Assembly: GCA_025055755.1 (NCBI GenBank)
Contig: JANWWF010000004.1
Location: forward strand, 810 to 64,809
Length of the DNA: 64,000 bases
Reading direction: 5' to 3'
Source of the DNA: Candidatus Kapaibacterium sp.
GTDB taxonomy: Bacteria > Bacteroidota > Ignavibacteria > Kapaibacteriales > NICIL-2
Part shown: one piece after another, positions 51,101-60,679 of the stretch
Layout: each line of letters starts with the position of its first letter
Position numbering within the stretch: the first letter of the stretch is position 1
Notes under the pieces: model-generated
Told to the model about the DNA's origin: nothing
The model's input: only the letters and a program-made list of their open reading frames with translations
Databases searched by the model: none
Program-made: the position numbers and the translations under genes

Positions 51101-51616
51101 AGTGGACTGCTTGAGCTCACCGGTATCTGGGTCGACGTAGTAATGCCCTTGCGGAGAACCAGTGATGCCATATGCCCAGGCCAGCCCCGTATTGAACCAC
51201 TGAGGGGAATTGGGTGCGGCCATCTGTGCCAGCAGCATGTACACTAATTCATCGTAGAATGCTTGTGCATCCTCGTCGCTGTCGAAATAACCGTAGCGCT
51301 TTCCCCAGTCTGTCCAACATCCTGCCAAGCGGTGGACAACTTGCTTGACCGACCGCTCACTGCCCAGCACGGGTTTCCCATCGGGTCCAAGAAGGGGATT
51401 CCCCTCCGCATCGTATTGAGGCACTCCTGCTTTGCGGAAGTACTTCTGTGCCAAAATATCGGTAGCTACCTGCGACCAATGTGCAGGCACCTCGATATCG
51501 TCCATTTGAAACACAATCGATCCATCGGGATTTCGCAGGACAGACGAGCGCAACGTGTACTCAAACATCGAATAGGGGCTGACACCCGGCTTGGTAAAGC
51601 GACGTTGGATTTTCAT
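48155..51616 (-). CDS. nrdJ: adenosylcobalamin-dependent ribonucleotide reductase (class II)
   Basis: Class II RNR blocks throughout (about 1150 aa) and a C-terminal Cys-rich tail (CYSCGS...CTVCEDCG), as in monomeric or dimeric NrdJ. Confidence 0.9.
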   Translation of the reverse strand: MKIQRRFTKPGVSPYSMFEYTLRSSVLRNPDGSIVFQMDDIEVPAHWSQVATDILAQKYFRKAGVPQYDAEGNPLLGPDGKPVLGSERSVKQVVHRLAGCWTDWGKRYGYFDSDEDAQAFYDELVYMLLAQMAAPNSPQWFNTGLAWAYGITGSPQGHYYVDPDTGELKQSTDAYTRPQPHACFIQSVADDLVNEGGIFDLVTREARIFKYGSGTGTNFSTLRAKGEKLSGGGVSSGLMSFLKVFDRAAGAIKSGGTTRRAAKMVIVNIDHPDVEEFIEWKAKEEEKVAALVTGSRINKTFLQAIANEAAAGGADYATNPRLRTLVRRALHRGVPRAYIERTLALVRQGITTIDLEVLDTHYEGEAYLTVSGQNSNNSVRVTNEFMEAVLADRLWHLRWRTTGQVARTVRARELWDKINISAWKSADPGLQFDTTINEWHTCPVDGRINASNPCSEYMFLDDTACNLASLNLAHFLDEETGEFRVDDFRHAVRLWTIVLEISVLMAQFPSKAIAQKSYDYRTLGLGYANLGTILMILGIPYDSPEALAYCGAITALMTGEAYATSAEMARELGPFPRFEANREPMLRVIRNHRRAAYNAPPHEYEGLTILPMGLDGSKCPDKNLVAAARQAWDRALEMGEKYGYRNAQVTVIAPTGTIGLLMDCDTTGIEPDFAIVKFKKLAGGGYFKIVNQSVPKALKRLGYTPEQIEDIERYCKGHGTLVGCPTINRARLKEKGFTDEALAAIEAQLDTVFDIRFAFNKWTLGEEFCTRVLGFTSEQLNDPSFDMLSALGFSKEEIERANDYVCGTMMIEGAPHLKPEHLPIFDCANKCGKRGQRYIPFMAHVRMMAAAQPFISGAISKTINMPAEATIEDIANVHLESWKLGLKAIALYRDGSKLSQPLNVAADDDLDEIVLLGDEETLDETKGPQYVQERIVERVYHRAERRRLPKKRKGIIREAYVGGHKVFVRTGEYEDGTVGEIFIDMYKEGASFKGLMNCFAVLASKALQYGMPLEELVDTFTFTRFEPSGPVQGHEAIKYATSVLDFVFRSIGYDYLNRTDFVHVKAVDEVPPEAVVKPTSAVPQATPIAPPPSPLVEVNAAPRSSSGEQPKVVLQAKAQGYTGEQCYSCGSMRVKRNGSCTVCEDCGTTTGCS

Positions 51617-51643
51617 GGTGCTTTCTCGGGACAACACAATAGT

Positions 51644-51747
51644 GGAACACTGCTTATGGTATGTTCTCCAGTCGCTGCTGCCGTGCGACTGCCCGAGGAA
51701 TGATTATCGGAAGCAGTGGGAGAACATCTCAAAAATCGAGAACACTC
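51644..51747. promoter_or_regulatory. cluster of GAGAACA-like repeats upstream of nrdJ
   Basis: GGAACAC (51644-51650), reverse GGAGAACAT (51661-51669), GGGAGAACATCTC (51718-51730), GAGAACACTC (51738-51747), all within 110 nt of the nrdJ start. Confidence 0.2.
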
Positions 51748-51875
51748 TAACGCTTTCGCAAGAGTTGAAACAAATTTTTTTCACGGTTACCATGGCGCCA
51801 CTGGCACAGTTTTTACTGTGGGCACATGCCTGGGTAGTAGTTTTGTACTGAGTCGAGGCTTCTCCAGCAGATGTA

Positions 51876-52274
51876 ATGCTCTACCGTATCAATTACTTAC
51901 TCGGTATCATGGCAGTGCTCTTCGGACTGCTGTACCTGCTGTTCGGTATTGTGGGATTCAGCAGTGACGCACCCTCGGTAGCCGATCGGTGGATGCCTTT
52001 TGTCCTGGCAAGCATCCATGTGAGCGTTGCAGTGCTCCTTTTTTGGACCAGCAGTCGCCAGCGGCGGGTAGAGCAGCATCGGCTGGAGCGGCTATTGTCA
52101 CTTGCTCTACAAGAAAGCTCATCGGTTGGTGTGCGGGATTTTGCAGAGCTGGCGGGGATTTCCCCCGCGGAAGCGCAGGAATTTCTTCTCTGGTCCAGCC
52201 GTCGGCGGCGTGTTGTAGTAGTCGTTGGAAAAGGCACTACCCTTCGCGCCTGGGCACGGCATAGTCTCAACTGA
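51876..52274 (+). CDS. small membrane protein, hypothetical
   Basis: Two N-terminal TM helices, then a charged, Arg-rich tail. No recognisable family. Confidence 0.35.
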   Translation: MLYRINYLLGIMAVLFGLLYLLFGIVGFSSDAPSVADRWMPFVLASIHVSVAVLLFWTSSRQRRVEQHRLERLLSLALQESSSVGVRDFAELAGISPAEAQEFLLWSSRRRRVVVVVGKGTTLRAWARHSLN

Positions 52275-53226
52275 CCATACCCTCGATGGCGGCAATAGCT
52301 AAGCCAAGCACCATCAGACTGCCATAGAAGAGCTGCAATCGTGCATGCTGCACAACCACTGTTGCAAAATGCGGCGACGTAGGCTCATCGCTTCCTTTCA
52401 GACTTCGTAATGCTCGCCACGCCCACGGCATACTTACCCAAGCAAGCAGCGTCCATGCTGGAATGGGATAGTGGTTCCCTTGCGTTGCAAAGACTACCAT
52501 GCCATGCAGCAGGTAAGCACCCCATACTAAACTGTGAGCAAACACTATAGAACGGTGAGGCGAGCCCAGCAATAAGGACAGCGTTTGGGCCCCCGCAGCA
52601 CGATCTCCCCGCCGATCTCGGTGATTATTTGCGTGCAAAATCGCTGCTATCAACAGGCTTTGCGGTAGCGCCAGCAGCAAGACGCTAAGTTCCGATGCTA
52701 AATTCATCACCTGCCACGCTTGAACAATGTATGAGCCAAGCGTCATCAAGACACCAAACGAGAGCATCACTTGCACCTCCCCTAATCCGCGGTACTTTAG
52801 GGCAAATGGTGGTGCAGTATATGCCCACGCAGACACTGCACCAATGGCAATGATCCACCCAATTGCCGGACCACACACTGCCAGAAAATACAGCCCAATT
52901 GCAATCGCAATCGCTGCTATTTGCACGATAAGCTTTCGCATCTGGGCTAACGATAGAGTTCCCTGCACCAGTGGATTGCTTTGCCCTGAATTGTCCATGC
53001 GATCGAGTCCCGAGCGCCAATCGTAGTAATCGTTGAGCAAGTTACTTGTCGCATGAATAGCAATGCAGCCGAGCAGCGAAAGCCCTGCATGGAGCGGTGA
53101 AAAAGCAAAGCCTTCTTCTCCCTGGTGCAGGGTTAGTGCCGCAAGACTTCCAACCAGGGATGGAAATACCGAAGCGGGGAACGAAAACGGTCGCAATATG
53201 CGCCAATACATCCGCAGCGTCGGCAT
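52267..53226 (-). CDS. menA: UbiA-family prenyltransferase, 1,4-dihydroxy-2-naphthoate polyprenyltransferase-like
   Basis: NDYYDWRSGLD (NDxxDxxxD) plus a second Asp-rich block, 8-9 TM helices. Confidence 0.7.
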   Translation of the reverse strand: MPTLRMYWRILRPFSFPASVFPSLVGSLAALTLHQGEEGFAFSPLHAGLSLLGCIAIHATSNLLNDYYDWRSGLDRMDNSGQSNPLVQGTLSLAQMRKLIVQIAAIAIAIGLYFLAVCGPAIGWIIAIGAVSAWAYTAPPFALKYRGLGEVQVMLSFGVLMTLGSYIVQAWQVMNLASELSVLLLALPQSLLIAAILHANNHRDRRGDRAAGAQTLSLLLGSPHRSIVFAHSLVWGAYLLHGMVVFATQGNHYPIPAWTLLAWVSMPWAWRALRSLKGSDEPTSPHFATVVVQHARLQLFYGSLMVLGLAIAAIEGMVS

Positions 53227-53229
53227 TGC

Positions 53230-53604
53230 TTATGGTGCTTCGATAATCACACATGCAGCTGCATAGTGACGCGTGTGCGAAAGCGACAGATGCACAGGAT
53301 ACTTACCCCATCGTTCTGCCAGAATTCCAGAAAGTGCAATCTGTGGTTGTCCGCTTTCGGTGTGAACAACGCCACAATCACAGAGACGAAATCCGTGGCG
53401 CAGTCCTGTTCCAATAGCCTTGCTGAAAGCTTCTTTAGCTGCAAAACGTGCTGCGTAGTGGAGAAAGCGCTGCGATGCTGCCCGCTCGCAGTATGCGCGT
53501 TCGGTCTCGGTATAAACTCGCCGCAGAAACTGCTCGCCGTAGCGCTCGATTGCAGCTGCAATACGCTCGACTTCGACGATATCAATCCCGATGCCAATAA
53601 TCAT
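53230..53604 (-). CDS. acpS: holo-[acyl-carrier-protein] synthase
   Basis: MIIGIGIDIVEVERI and FAAKEAFSKA motifs. Overlaps pyrE by 4 nt. Confidence 0.8.
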   Translation of the reverse strand: MIIGIGIDIVEVERIAAAIERYGEQFLRRVYTETERAYCERAASQRFLHYAARFAAKEAFSKAIGTGLRHGFRLCDCGVVHTESGQPQIALSGILAERWGKYPVHLSLSHTRHYAAACVIIEAP

Positions 53605-54131
53605 TGCTCGGCTGCCGCTTTGAGAGCTTGCATAGTAAACACGGATCGCAGTTCAACGCCATGCTGGGCAAGCAGCTCGCTTCCTCCCTGCTGGCGGTCA
53701 ATCACGCATAAGGCGTGCTCGATGTGTGCTCCTTGCTGCCGAAGTGCCATAATACTTTCCGCAACCTGACCGCCACTGGTGACCACATCCTCGATGACAA
53801 CAACAGAGCGTCCCTCGATAGAAGCACCTTCGGCGAGTTTGCAGGTACCGTACTCCTTTGCTTTCTTGCGAACAAATGCCATGGGAAGCCCCGTTGCCAG
53901 CCCTACAGCAGTCGCAAGAGGTATTCCTCCCATTTCCAAGCCCGCCAGCACGTCGGTTCCTGGCGGCAACAGCCGGGCAAGTTCCCACGCAATCTGCTGC
54001 AGCAGCGATGGCTCGGATTCGAACAAGTATTTGTCGAAGTACTCACTACTTCGCTGCCCGGAGCGAAGGAGAAAGTCGCCTACTAAATGTGAGCGCTGAT
54101 AAATCTGTCGAGCAAGAGCGGTATTCATCGT
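53601..54131 (-). CDS. pyrE: orotate phosphoribosyltransferase
   Basis: VVVIEDVVTSGG PRPP-binding motif, OPRTase family length. Confidence 0.8.
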   Translation of the reverse strand, partial: TMNTALARQIYQRSHLVGDFLLRSGQRSSEYFDKYLFESEPSLLQQIAWELARLLPPGTDVLAGLEMGGIPLATAVGLATGLPMAFVRKKAKEYGTCKLAEGASIEGRSVVVIEDVVTSGGQVAESIMALRQQGAHIEHALCVIDRQQGGSELLAQHGVELRSVFTMQALKAAAEQ

Positions 54132-54228
54132 CTCATCCGAAAATCTACCTTGTCTGCGAAGATAGAAGATGCTGCTCTGAGAGCAACGGTAATTTCGCAC
54201 CTGTTTGTTTTACGCCCTGCAGCGATGT

Positions 54229-55494
54229 ATGCTGGACCTCCGTTTCATTCGCGAACATCCCAATCTGGTTGCACAGAATGCGCGCAATAAGCGACACGAG
54301 ATTGCTCTCGATCGCATCCTCGAATTAGACGTGCGTCGGCGTCAGCTTATCACGGAAACTGATGCTCTCAAGCATGAGCGTAACCGCGCCTCTGAGCACA
54401 TTGCACAGCTCAAAAAAGCCGGACAAGATGCTACCAGCGCCATCGCAGAGATGCGCAGCATTAGCGAACGCATCAAAGCCAATGACGAGCTCCTCCGCAC
54501 TATCGAGGCAGAGCTGGAGGAGCTTCTGCTGTGGATACCAAACATTGCGCACCAGAGCGTACCTGTGGGAGAAGATGCCAGTGCAAATGTCGTTGTGCGC
54601 TCGGTCGGAGAGCCTATTCCCGCCGAATGGCGCAAAGGACATCTGGAAATTGGTACAGTACTGGGCATCCTCGATTTTGAACGCGGCGCAAAGGTAACAG
54701 GCAGTGGTTTTGCTTTCTACGTTGGTTTAGGCGCAAAGCTTGAGCGGGCAATGATCAACTTGTTTTTGGATGTACACACCCAGCAGCATGGCTACAAGGA
54801 AATTATGCCCCCCTTCCTTACCAACCGGGCCTCGATGGTAGGAACAGGCCAATTGCCCAAACTTGCAGACGATATGTACCACTGCCCCACCGATGACCTG
54901 TTTTTGATCCCAACCGCTGAAGTTCCGTTGACAAACTACTTCCGCGGGGAAATTCTTCGAGAAAGAGACTTACCAATTAAGCTCTGCGGCTACTCGCCCT
55001 GCTTCCGACGTGAGGCGGGGAGCTACGGACGCGACACCCGTGGCTTTTTGCGCGTCCATCAATTCAACAAAGTTGAATTGGTCAAGTTTACCACCCCGGA
55101 AACATCCTACGACGAGCTGGAGCGTCTCGTCGCCGACGTTGAAGTGGTTCTCCGCCTACTGGAGTTACCCTACCGCGTCGTGCTGCTATGCACAGGAGAC
55201 ATGAGCTTTGCCAGTGCAAAAACCTACGACCTGGAAGTATGGTCACCAGTCGAGCAGCGGTATTTGGAGGTTTCTTCGTGTTCAAACTTCGAGGCATTTC
55301 AAGCACGGCGTGCACAGATACGCTATCGCCGCACCGACGGGCAACTCGATTATGTGCACACTCTCAATGGCAGTGGGCTGGCAACCTCGCGCATCATGGT
55401 AGCGCTGCTGGAACATCACCAGACAGCCGATGGACGAGTGCGTATTCCAGACGCCTTGCGCCCTTACGTCGGTTGCGATTACATTTCCTCATAG
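54229..55494 (+). CDS. serS: seryl-tRNA synthetase
   Basis: N-terminal coiled coil, class II motifs (FRRE, GSGLATSR). Confidence 0.9.
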   Translation: MLDLRFIREHPNLVAQNARNKRHEIALDRILELDVRRRQLITETDALKHERNRASEHIAQLKKAGQDATSAIAEMRSISERIKANDELLRTIEAELEELLLWIPNIAHQSVPVGEDASANVVVRSVGEPIPAEWRKGHLEIGTVLGILDFERGAKVTGSGFAFYVGLGAKLERAMINLFLDVHTQQHGYKEIMPPFLTNRASMVGTGQLPKLADDMYHCPTDDLFLIPTAEVPLTNYFRGEILRERDLPIKLCGYSPCFRREAGSYGRDTRGFLRVHQFNKVELVKFTTPETSYDELERLVADVEVVLRLLELPYRVVLLCTGDMSFASAKTYDLEVWSPVEQRYLEVSSCSNFEAFQARRAQIRYRRTDGQLDYVHTLNGSGLATSRIMVALLEHHQTADGRVRIPDALRPYVGCDYISS

Positions 55495-55688
55495 CGCCGA
55501 TGATGCAACACAGTCCAAAATTTGAGCAGGAGAATATCGAAGTAATCGCCCGCACTCCTCCCTTATTGCGGACACCTTTTGCCAACCGCATGCGATGAAA
55601 GGTTTTGTCACTGCTGCAAATAAGCAGCATAGCCATTCGTTTTGTGCCTTCGACCTAATTGTCGGTAAAACCATCACGGAATAGAACC

Positions 55689-56288
55689 TCAATGCAAGAA
55701 CCACAGCCGAAGCCTGAATTGACACCAGAACTGGAACGCAGTCTGATCGGAAGTACCATTGCACGGACGCTGCTGGAGCAGCGCAAAGTCTTCCTCTGGG
55801 GACAGGTCGACGACGACAGCGCCCGCGAGGTCATTGACCGCTTGCTGTACCTGGATGCAATCAATCCGGGGAAAGAAATCACGCTCTACATCAATTCGCC
55901 TGGCGGCTATGTGACCTCCGGCATGGCGATCTACGACTGCATACGGGCACTGCATTCTCCTGTCTCGACCGTCTGCATGGGACTGGCAGCCTCGATGGGC
56001 TCGATTCTCCTGTCGGCAGGAGTCAAAGGGCGCCGCTTCATCTTTCCCCACGGCCGTGTTATGATCCACCAACCCAGTGGCGGTGCCGCCGGCACAAGTT
56101 CGGACATTGAAATCCAAATGCGGGAAATCCTCAAGATCAAGGAGATCAGTGCTCGCATACTGGCGGAAAACACTGGTCAACCGATAGAACGCATTCTGCA
56201 AGACTTCGACCGGGACTATTGGATGGATGCACGGGAATCAGTCGAGTATGGAATCGTGGATGCCGTCATCGAGCGATTTGACAGATAG
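55689..56288 (+). CDS. clpP: ATP-dependent Clp protease proteolytic subunit
   Basis: INSPGG, GLAASMGS (Ser), MIHQPSGG (His) catalytic triad context. Confidence 0.9.
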   Translation, partial: SMQEPQPKPELTPELERSLIGSTIARTLLEQRKVFLWGQVDDDSAREVIDRLLYLDAINPGKEITLYINSPGGYVTSGMAIYDCIRALHSPVSTVCMGLAASMGSILLSAGVKGRRFIFPHGRVMIHQPSGGAAGTSSDIEIQMREILKIKEISARILAENTGQPIERILQDFDRDYWMDARESVEYGIVDAVIERFDR

Positions 56289-56727
56289 ATTTGAGATTCG
56301 CTCGCCGCAAACGGCGTATGAATGGGAGCAGTACTATCAGCTTCGCTACCGTATCCTCCGGCAGCCATGGGGAGCACCCCCTGGCTCTGAGCGAGACGAA
56401 CTGGAGGACTTTGCCATCCATCGCATCGTTGTTGAGCGAGCAACAGGACGCATCGTTGGATGCGGACGCATCCATCGTCGCCCGGATGGAAGTGCTCAAA
56501 TCCGCTTTATGGCTGTTGAAGAGGGCTACCGGAGTATGGGAATTGGTTCGTTGCTTCTTGGTTCACTCGAGGAATGGGCAAAAAGCCAAGGAATTGACAC
56601 CATCATCCTGTACGCTCGAACAACCGCCGTCCGATTTTATCTGCAGCATGGCTACGAACTTGTTGCTCGGGCGCACACGCTCTACGGCGCTATTGAGCAC
56701 GCTCTGATGCAGAAACGCGTAACGTAA
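56266..56727 (+). CDS. GNAT family N-acetyltransferase
   Basis: RIVGCGRI...IRFMAVEEGYRSMGIGSLLL acetyl-CoA binding motif. Start uncertain. Confidence 0.6.
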   Translation, partial: SSSDLTDRFEIRSPQTAYEWEQYYQLRYRILRQPWGAPPGSERDELEDFAIHRIVVERATGRIVGCGRIHRRPDGSAQIRFMAVEEGYRSMGIGSLLLGSLEEWAKSQGIDTIILYARTTAVRFYLQHGYELVARAHTLYGAIEHALMQKRVT

Positions 56728-57586
56728 GATCGTCGTGATCGTCGGGATGGTGAGCGCTTTCCAGATGACTGGTTACGTCACTGGGACGGTTGAGTGCTTC
56801 AGCGACGCGACGTTCTACCTCCGAGGCAATACGATGGGCTTCCTCGATAGGTGTGCCATCGGGGAATTGCAAGTGGAAGTCCACGTACATGCGTTCCCCT
56901 GCCTCTCGCATGCGAAGGCGATGGTAGCCCACCATGGGATGTTCGAGCATGAATGCATCCAGCACGGAGCGGACCTGCCCAACCAGGCGGGGATCAGCAG
57001 TGTCCATGAGCCCAAGAATTGCTCGCCGCACTAAGCTGTATCCTTGAGCGAGAATGTGTGCGCCAAATACCAGTGCGCAGAGGGGATCGAGCGCAAGCCA
57101 TCCCGTCCCCAATGCTGCTCCAAGCCCCAAGACTGCCCCCGCACTTGTCCACGCATCGGTAAGGATGTGGCGTCCATTTGCCTCCACAACCAGCGAATGG
57201 GTACTCTTCCCAACCTGAACCAGATACCACCCCAGCAGTCCGTTGACAGCACCTACGCCTGCTGTCAATGCTATGCCCAGACCCAGCTGGTGCAGTTGCA
57301 CCCCCTCGATAAGTTCACTAATAGCAGTAACGACAATGAAAATTCCTGCCAGCCCAACTAAGCCACCCTCGAAGCCAGCACTGAAGTAGGCAATTTTTTC
57401 ATGCCCATACGTGTGGTCTTCATCCGGGGGACGGTAACTCCACCGCAGGGATAACCACGCAAATGCCACTGCTACCTGGTGCACCACCGACTCCAACGCG
57501 TCCGAGAGAATCACTGTCGAACTGGTGCGGAGATATGCATACCACTTGACCCCGAGCAAAAGAATGCCTATCCCCAGGGAAAGATT
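56690..57586 (-). CDS. cation diffusion facilitator family transporter
   Basis: SDALESVVHQ, HTYGHEK, six TM helices and a C-terminal cytoplasmic domain. Start taken at MNLSLGIGILLL. Confidence 0.75.
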   Translation of the reverse strand, partial: NLSLGIGILLLGVKWYAYLRTSSTVILSDALESVVHQVAVAFAWLSLRWSYRPPDEDHTYGHEKIAYFSAGFEGGLVGLAGIFIVVTAISELIEGVQLHQLGLGIALTAGVGAVNGLLGWYLVQVGKSTHSLVVEANGRHILTDAWTSAGAVLGLGAALGTGWLALDPLCALVFGAHILAQGYSLVRRAILGLMDTADPRLVGQVRSVLDAFMLEHPMVGYHRLRMREAGERMYVDFHLQFPDGTPIEEAHRIASEVERRVAEALNRPSDVTSHLESAHHPDDHDDLTLRVSASERAQ

Positions 57587-57689
57587 CATTGCTCGCTGTT
57601 GCACGCTGCGGTGGAATAAGCCAAACGCCATGCAATGACGGCTAACAACTGTGGATGTATCTTTGTGCGAATGCACCACGAAATTAGCG

Positions 57690-58514
57690 ATGAGTAACCT
57701 TGCTTGGCGTGTTATTGTTGCAATTGTTGGTATCCCCGCCATCGTAGCGATTGTTGTTGCAGGGGGATGGTGGATGGCTGGTTTTCTTGCGCTTCTTTCT
57801 GCGGTTGGAGCGGGAGAGTTCTACCGCATGGCGGAAGTTCAGAATATTCGCCCTATCTGGGCACCGGGTATTGCAACCGCAGCTTTACTTCCGTTGCTGG
57901 TTGCTGCGGGCGATAGCAGGAGCATCCTTGCCCTCCTGGCATTGGGTGTCGCGGGAGCATTTACAGTCCAGCTGCAGCGAGGCATTCCGGGAGCATTCAC
58001 CGCAATTGCAACAACAGTTGCAGGAGCAGTGTATCCGGCAGCATTGTTGGTGTGGTTGCTGCTGCTGCGCCAATGGCACACGTCCCCATCCGATGGCGCA
58101 TGGCTGGTGATAGCACTGCTTGGGGGAATATGGCTATGTGACAGTAGTGCCTACTTTGTCGGCCGTGGCATGGGCAAACATCCACTTGCCCCCCGCCTCA
58201 GCCCAAAGAAAACTTGGGAAGGAGCAATCGCAGGTCTTGCAGCAGCAATAGCATGGTCGGCCATAGTGATTCCGACGGTACTTTCCTGGGGTACAGTGTG
58301 GCTGGGAGTACTGATTGGCATCATCATTGGCGTTGTCGGCCAAGGAGGGGATGTTGCAAAGTCGCTCCTCAAACGCGACGTCGGCATTAAGGACAGCTCT
58401 GCAATCATCCCTGGCCATGGCGGCGTACTCGATCGTTTCGACAGTGCTATGGCGGCAGCACCGGCAGTGTATTTACTGCTGATCGTGCTCCAACGGAGTG
58501 GTCTTATTCCATAG
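57690..58514 (+). CDS. cdsA: phosphatidate cytidylyltransferase
   Basis: CDSSAYFVGRGMGKHPLAPRLSPKKTWEG and GHGGVLDRFDS signature. Confidence 0.75.
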   Translation: MSNLAWRVIVAIVGIPAIVAIVVAGGWWMAGFLALLSAVGAGEFYRMAEVQNIRPIWAPGIATAALLPLLVAAGDSRSILALLALGVAGAFTVQLQRGIPGAFTAIATTVAGAVYPAALLVWLLLLRQWHTSPSDGAWLVIALLGGIWLCDSSAYFVGRGMGKHPLAPRLSPKKTWEGAIAGLAAAIAWSAIVIPTVLSWGTVWLGVLIGIIIGVVGQGGDVAKSLLKRDVGIKDSSAIIPGHGGVLDRFDSAMAAAPAVYLLLIVLQRSGLIP

Positions 58515-58525
58515 AACAACGACGA

Positions 58526-59608
58526 ATGAGCACTGCAGCACTTATCCTGGCAGGTGGCACAGGCGCCCGTCTCTATCCCCGAAGTCGGCAGGCACGCCCC
58601 AAACAGCTTATTCACCTTCTCGGCGAGGGCACCCTTATCCAAAACACCTTCGCGCGTCTTGCACCCCTTTTCGAGCCAGCCGACACGTATGTCGTCACAA
58701 CCGAAGAATTAGCGCCTCTTGTGGCAGAGCAACTTCCTGCCATTGATCCCCGCCATATCATCGTCGAGCCGTTTCGGCGCAATACAACCGCTGCTTTGGC
58801 GCTTTCAGCAGTCGTGCTCGAGCGGCAGTATGGTCCAGACTTAGTGATTGCCGCTCTTCCCTCCGATCACTTGATTTCCAACGTTCGTGAATTTCACCAA
58901 GCGTTGGAAGCAGCTATTGAAATCGCCCGTCGCCACGATGCCATCGTGACTATAGGGCTTGTTCCTACGCGAGCAGAAACTGCTTTCGGATACATTCAAG
59001 TTGCGGAAGAGCCATTACCCGAAGCCGCTACTGCGACGACCTATCGAGTCCGCGTGTTCGCCGAAAAACCCGATAGCGCTACTGCTGAGCGGTTCGTGAA
59101 TGCTGGTGACTTTCTCTGGAACAGTGGAATTTTTGTCTTCCGCCTCGATGTATTCTGGAACGAACTGAGCACTCACCTGCCCGAGCAAGCAGAGCTTTTC
59201 GCAGAACTGCGTCATGCACACGACCCGCAGGCTTTTCCCACGCTTGTTGAAAACATCTACGGTCGCATTCGTGCTATCTCGTTCGACTACGGGGTTTTAG
59301 AAAAAACAACAAATGTCCTGTGCGTGTTGGGAACGTTCGAATGGAGCGACCTTAGTTCATGGGATGAACTTTGGCGCCTGCAGAAAAAAGATCCTCGCCA
59401 AAACGTGCTCGAAGGAAGCATTTACCCCATCGATACCAAGCGATGCTACGTGAGTGCATTTACCAAGGTTGTTGCCTTGGTAGATGTCGAGGACTTAATT
59501 GTGGTGGATTCTGAGGACGTGTTGCTTATCTGCCGTCGTGGCTCAAGCCAACGTGTTGCGGAGGTGGTGGACCTATTCCGTCGGAAGGGGAATTCCGCCT
59601 TGCTCTAA
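58526..59608 (+). CDS. manC: mannose-1-phosphate guanylyltransferase
   Basis: LILAGGTGARLYPRS nucleotidyl-transferase start, GIFVFR. Same pathway as gmd elsewhere in the window. Confidence 0.8.
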   Translation: MSTAALILAGGTGARLYPRSRQARPKQLIHLLGEGTLIQNTFARLAPLFEPADTYVVTTEELAPLVAEQLPAIDPRHIIVEPFRRNTTAALALSAVVLERQYGPDLVIAALPSDHLISNVREFHQALEAAIEIARRHDAIVTIGLVPTRAETAFGYIQVAEEPLPEAATATTYRVRVFAEKPDSATAERFVNAGDFLWNSGIFVFRLDVFWNELSTHLPEQAELFAELRHAHDPQAFPTLVENIYGRIRAISFDYGVLEKTTNVLCVLGTFEWSDLSSWDELWRLQKKDPRQNVLEGSIYPIDTKRCYVSAFTKVVALVDVEDLIVVDSEDVLLICRRGSSQRVAEVVDLFRRKGNSALL

Positions 59609-59639
59609 GTGGCAAGGTATTTGCGCAGAGTCAAGCAGA

Positions 59640-60071
59640 ATGGACATGCAGCGAACGCTTGGCAAGCTTTTCGTCGGCATTGCTTTTTGCAGCATTCTCT
59701 TGAGTGGCTGCACTTCCGCTGTGCGCTACCGCAGCACCGTGCAGGAGGGTACACGCGCTGTACGTACTCCTCCTACTCCGCAGCGAGGGCTCGCATCGTA
59801 TTACCACGACGATTTCCATGGCAGACGCACCGCCAGCGGCGAAGTATTTCGCCAAGACCGCCTAACTGCTGCCCACCCGACCCTTCCATTTGGGACCCGT
59901 GTTCATGTGCGAAATCTGCGGAATGGCCGAAGTGTTGTCGTCCGCATTACTGACCGTGGTCCTTTTGTCCCTGGGCGTATCATTGACCTATCGCGTGCTG
60001 CAGCCGAACATCTCGGTATGCTTGCTGACGGAATCGCGGAGGTGGAAATCATACCGCTGGAAGAGCCTTGA
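59640..60071 (+). CDS. rlpA: septal ring lytic transglycosylase RlpA family lipoprotein
   Basis: Lipoprotein signal (ILLSGC), ASYYHDDFHGRRTASGE and VRITDRGPF DPBB motifs. Confidence 0.75.
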   Translation: MDMQRTLGKLFVGIAFCSILLSGCTSAVRYRSTVQEGTRAVRTPPTPQRGLASYYHDDFHGRRTASGEVFRQDRLTAAHPTLPFGTRVHVRNLRNGRSVVVRITDRGPFVPGRIIDLSRAAAEHLGMLADGIAEVEIIPLEEP

Positions 60072-60151
60072 CCGGTTCCCCATGCTGGGTATTGCTCCTT
60101 GTCAGCAACACGGCTAATTTCGTTCGCGTGTCTTTCTTGCTTGACTGCGTG

Positions 60152-60628
60152 ATGGTGCATTTTTTCTCATCGCTACTTGGAGCATTCTTGGTCGCTGGAA
60201 TGCTTAGCTGTTCGGAAGTGCCGCGATACGTGCTCCTTTACGAACAGAGCGGAGGATTAGGTGGCGTGCGAGAGTATCGCCTTCAGATTGACTCCAACCG
60301 ATGGTGTTCAGTCGAATTGCTCCAAAGCACAGACACCGTTCGACGCTTCCTGAGGCGACTGGATGCGCACACTTACGAGCGGCTTTGGCGTATGCTTTCG
60401 GCAGCAGAGCTTTGGTTGCCCGATACAGCGCATCAAGACGAGCCATTGCGAGCAGATGCTCCATACCGTGAGCTTCGCCTCCGCACAGGCGGGCAGGAAA
60501 AGTCCGTGATTGTTCGCCATGCACCATCGGACGCCTTGCAGCCACTGTTGGTGGCGCTCGATTCTCTGGCGGAAGGAATGCTCAGCTCCCCAACGGTCTC
60601 TCCTCGACAGTCTTCCCGCAGACAATAG
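60152..60628 (+). CDS. hypothetical lipoprotein
   Basis: MVHFFSSLLGAFLVAGMLSC lipobox-like signal. No family recognised. Confidence 0.35.
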   Translation: MVHFFSSLLGAFLVAGMLSCSEVPRYVLLYEQSGGLGGVREYRLQIDSNRWCSVELLQSTDTVRRFLRRLDAHTYERLWRMLSAAELWLPDTAHQDEPLRADAPYRELRLRTGGQEKSVIVRHAPSDALQPLLVALDSLAEGMLSSPTVSPRQSSRRQ

Positions 60629-60679
60629 AGCGCAACCGCTCGACGTTTTATCGCTTTACTGTATTTTGCTCAAAGTCCT

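Noticed and set aside
51638-51875. Search for NrdR boxes or a B12 riboswitch upstream of nrdJ
   Set aside because: No 16-bp acaCwAtATaTwGtgt-type palindromes and no cobalamin-riboswitch core (B12 box) recognisable. Only the GAGAACA repeats were noted.
56690-56727. 38-nt convergent overlap between the GNAT gene and the CDF transporter gene 3' ends
   Set aside because: Convergent 3' overlaps of this size are common in compact genomes and either stop could be real. Not considered biologically remarkable.
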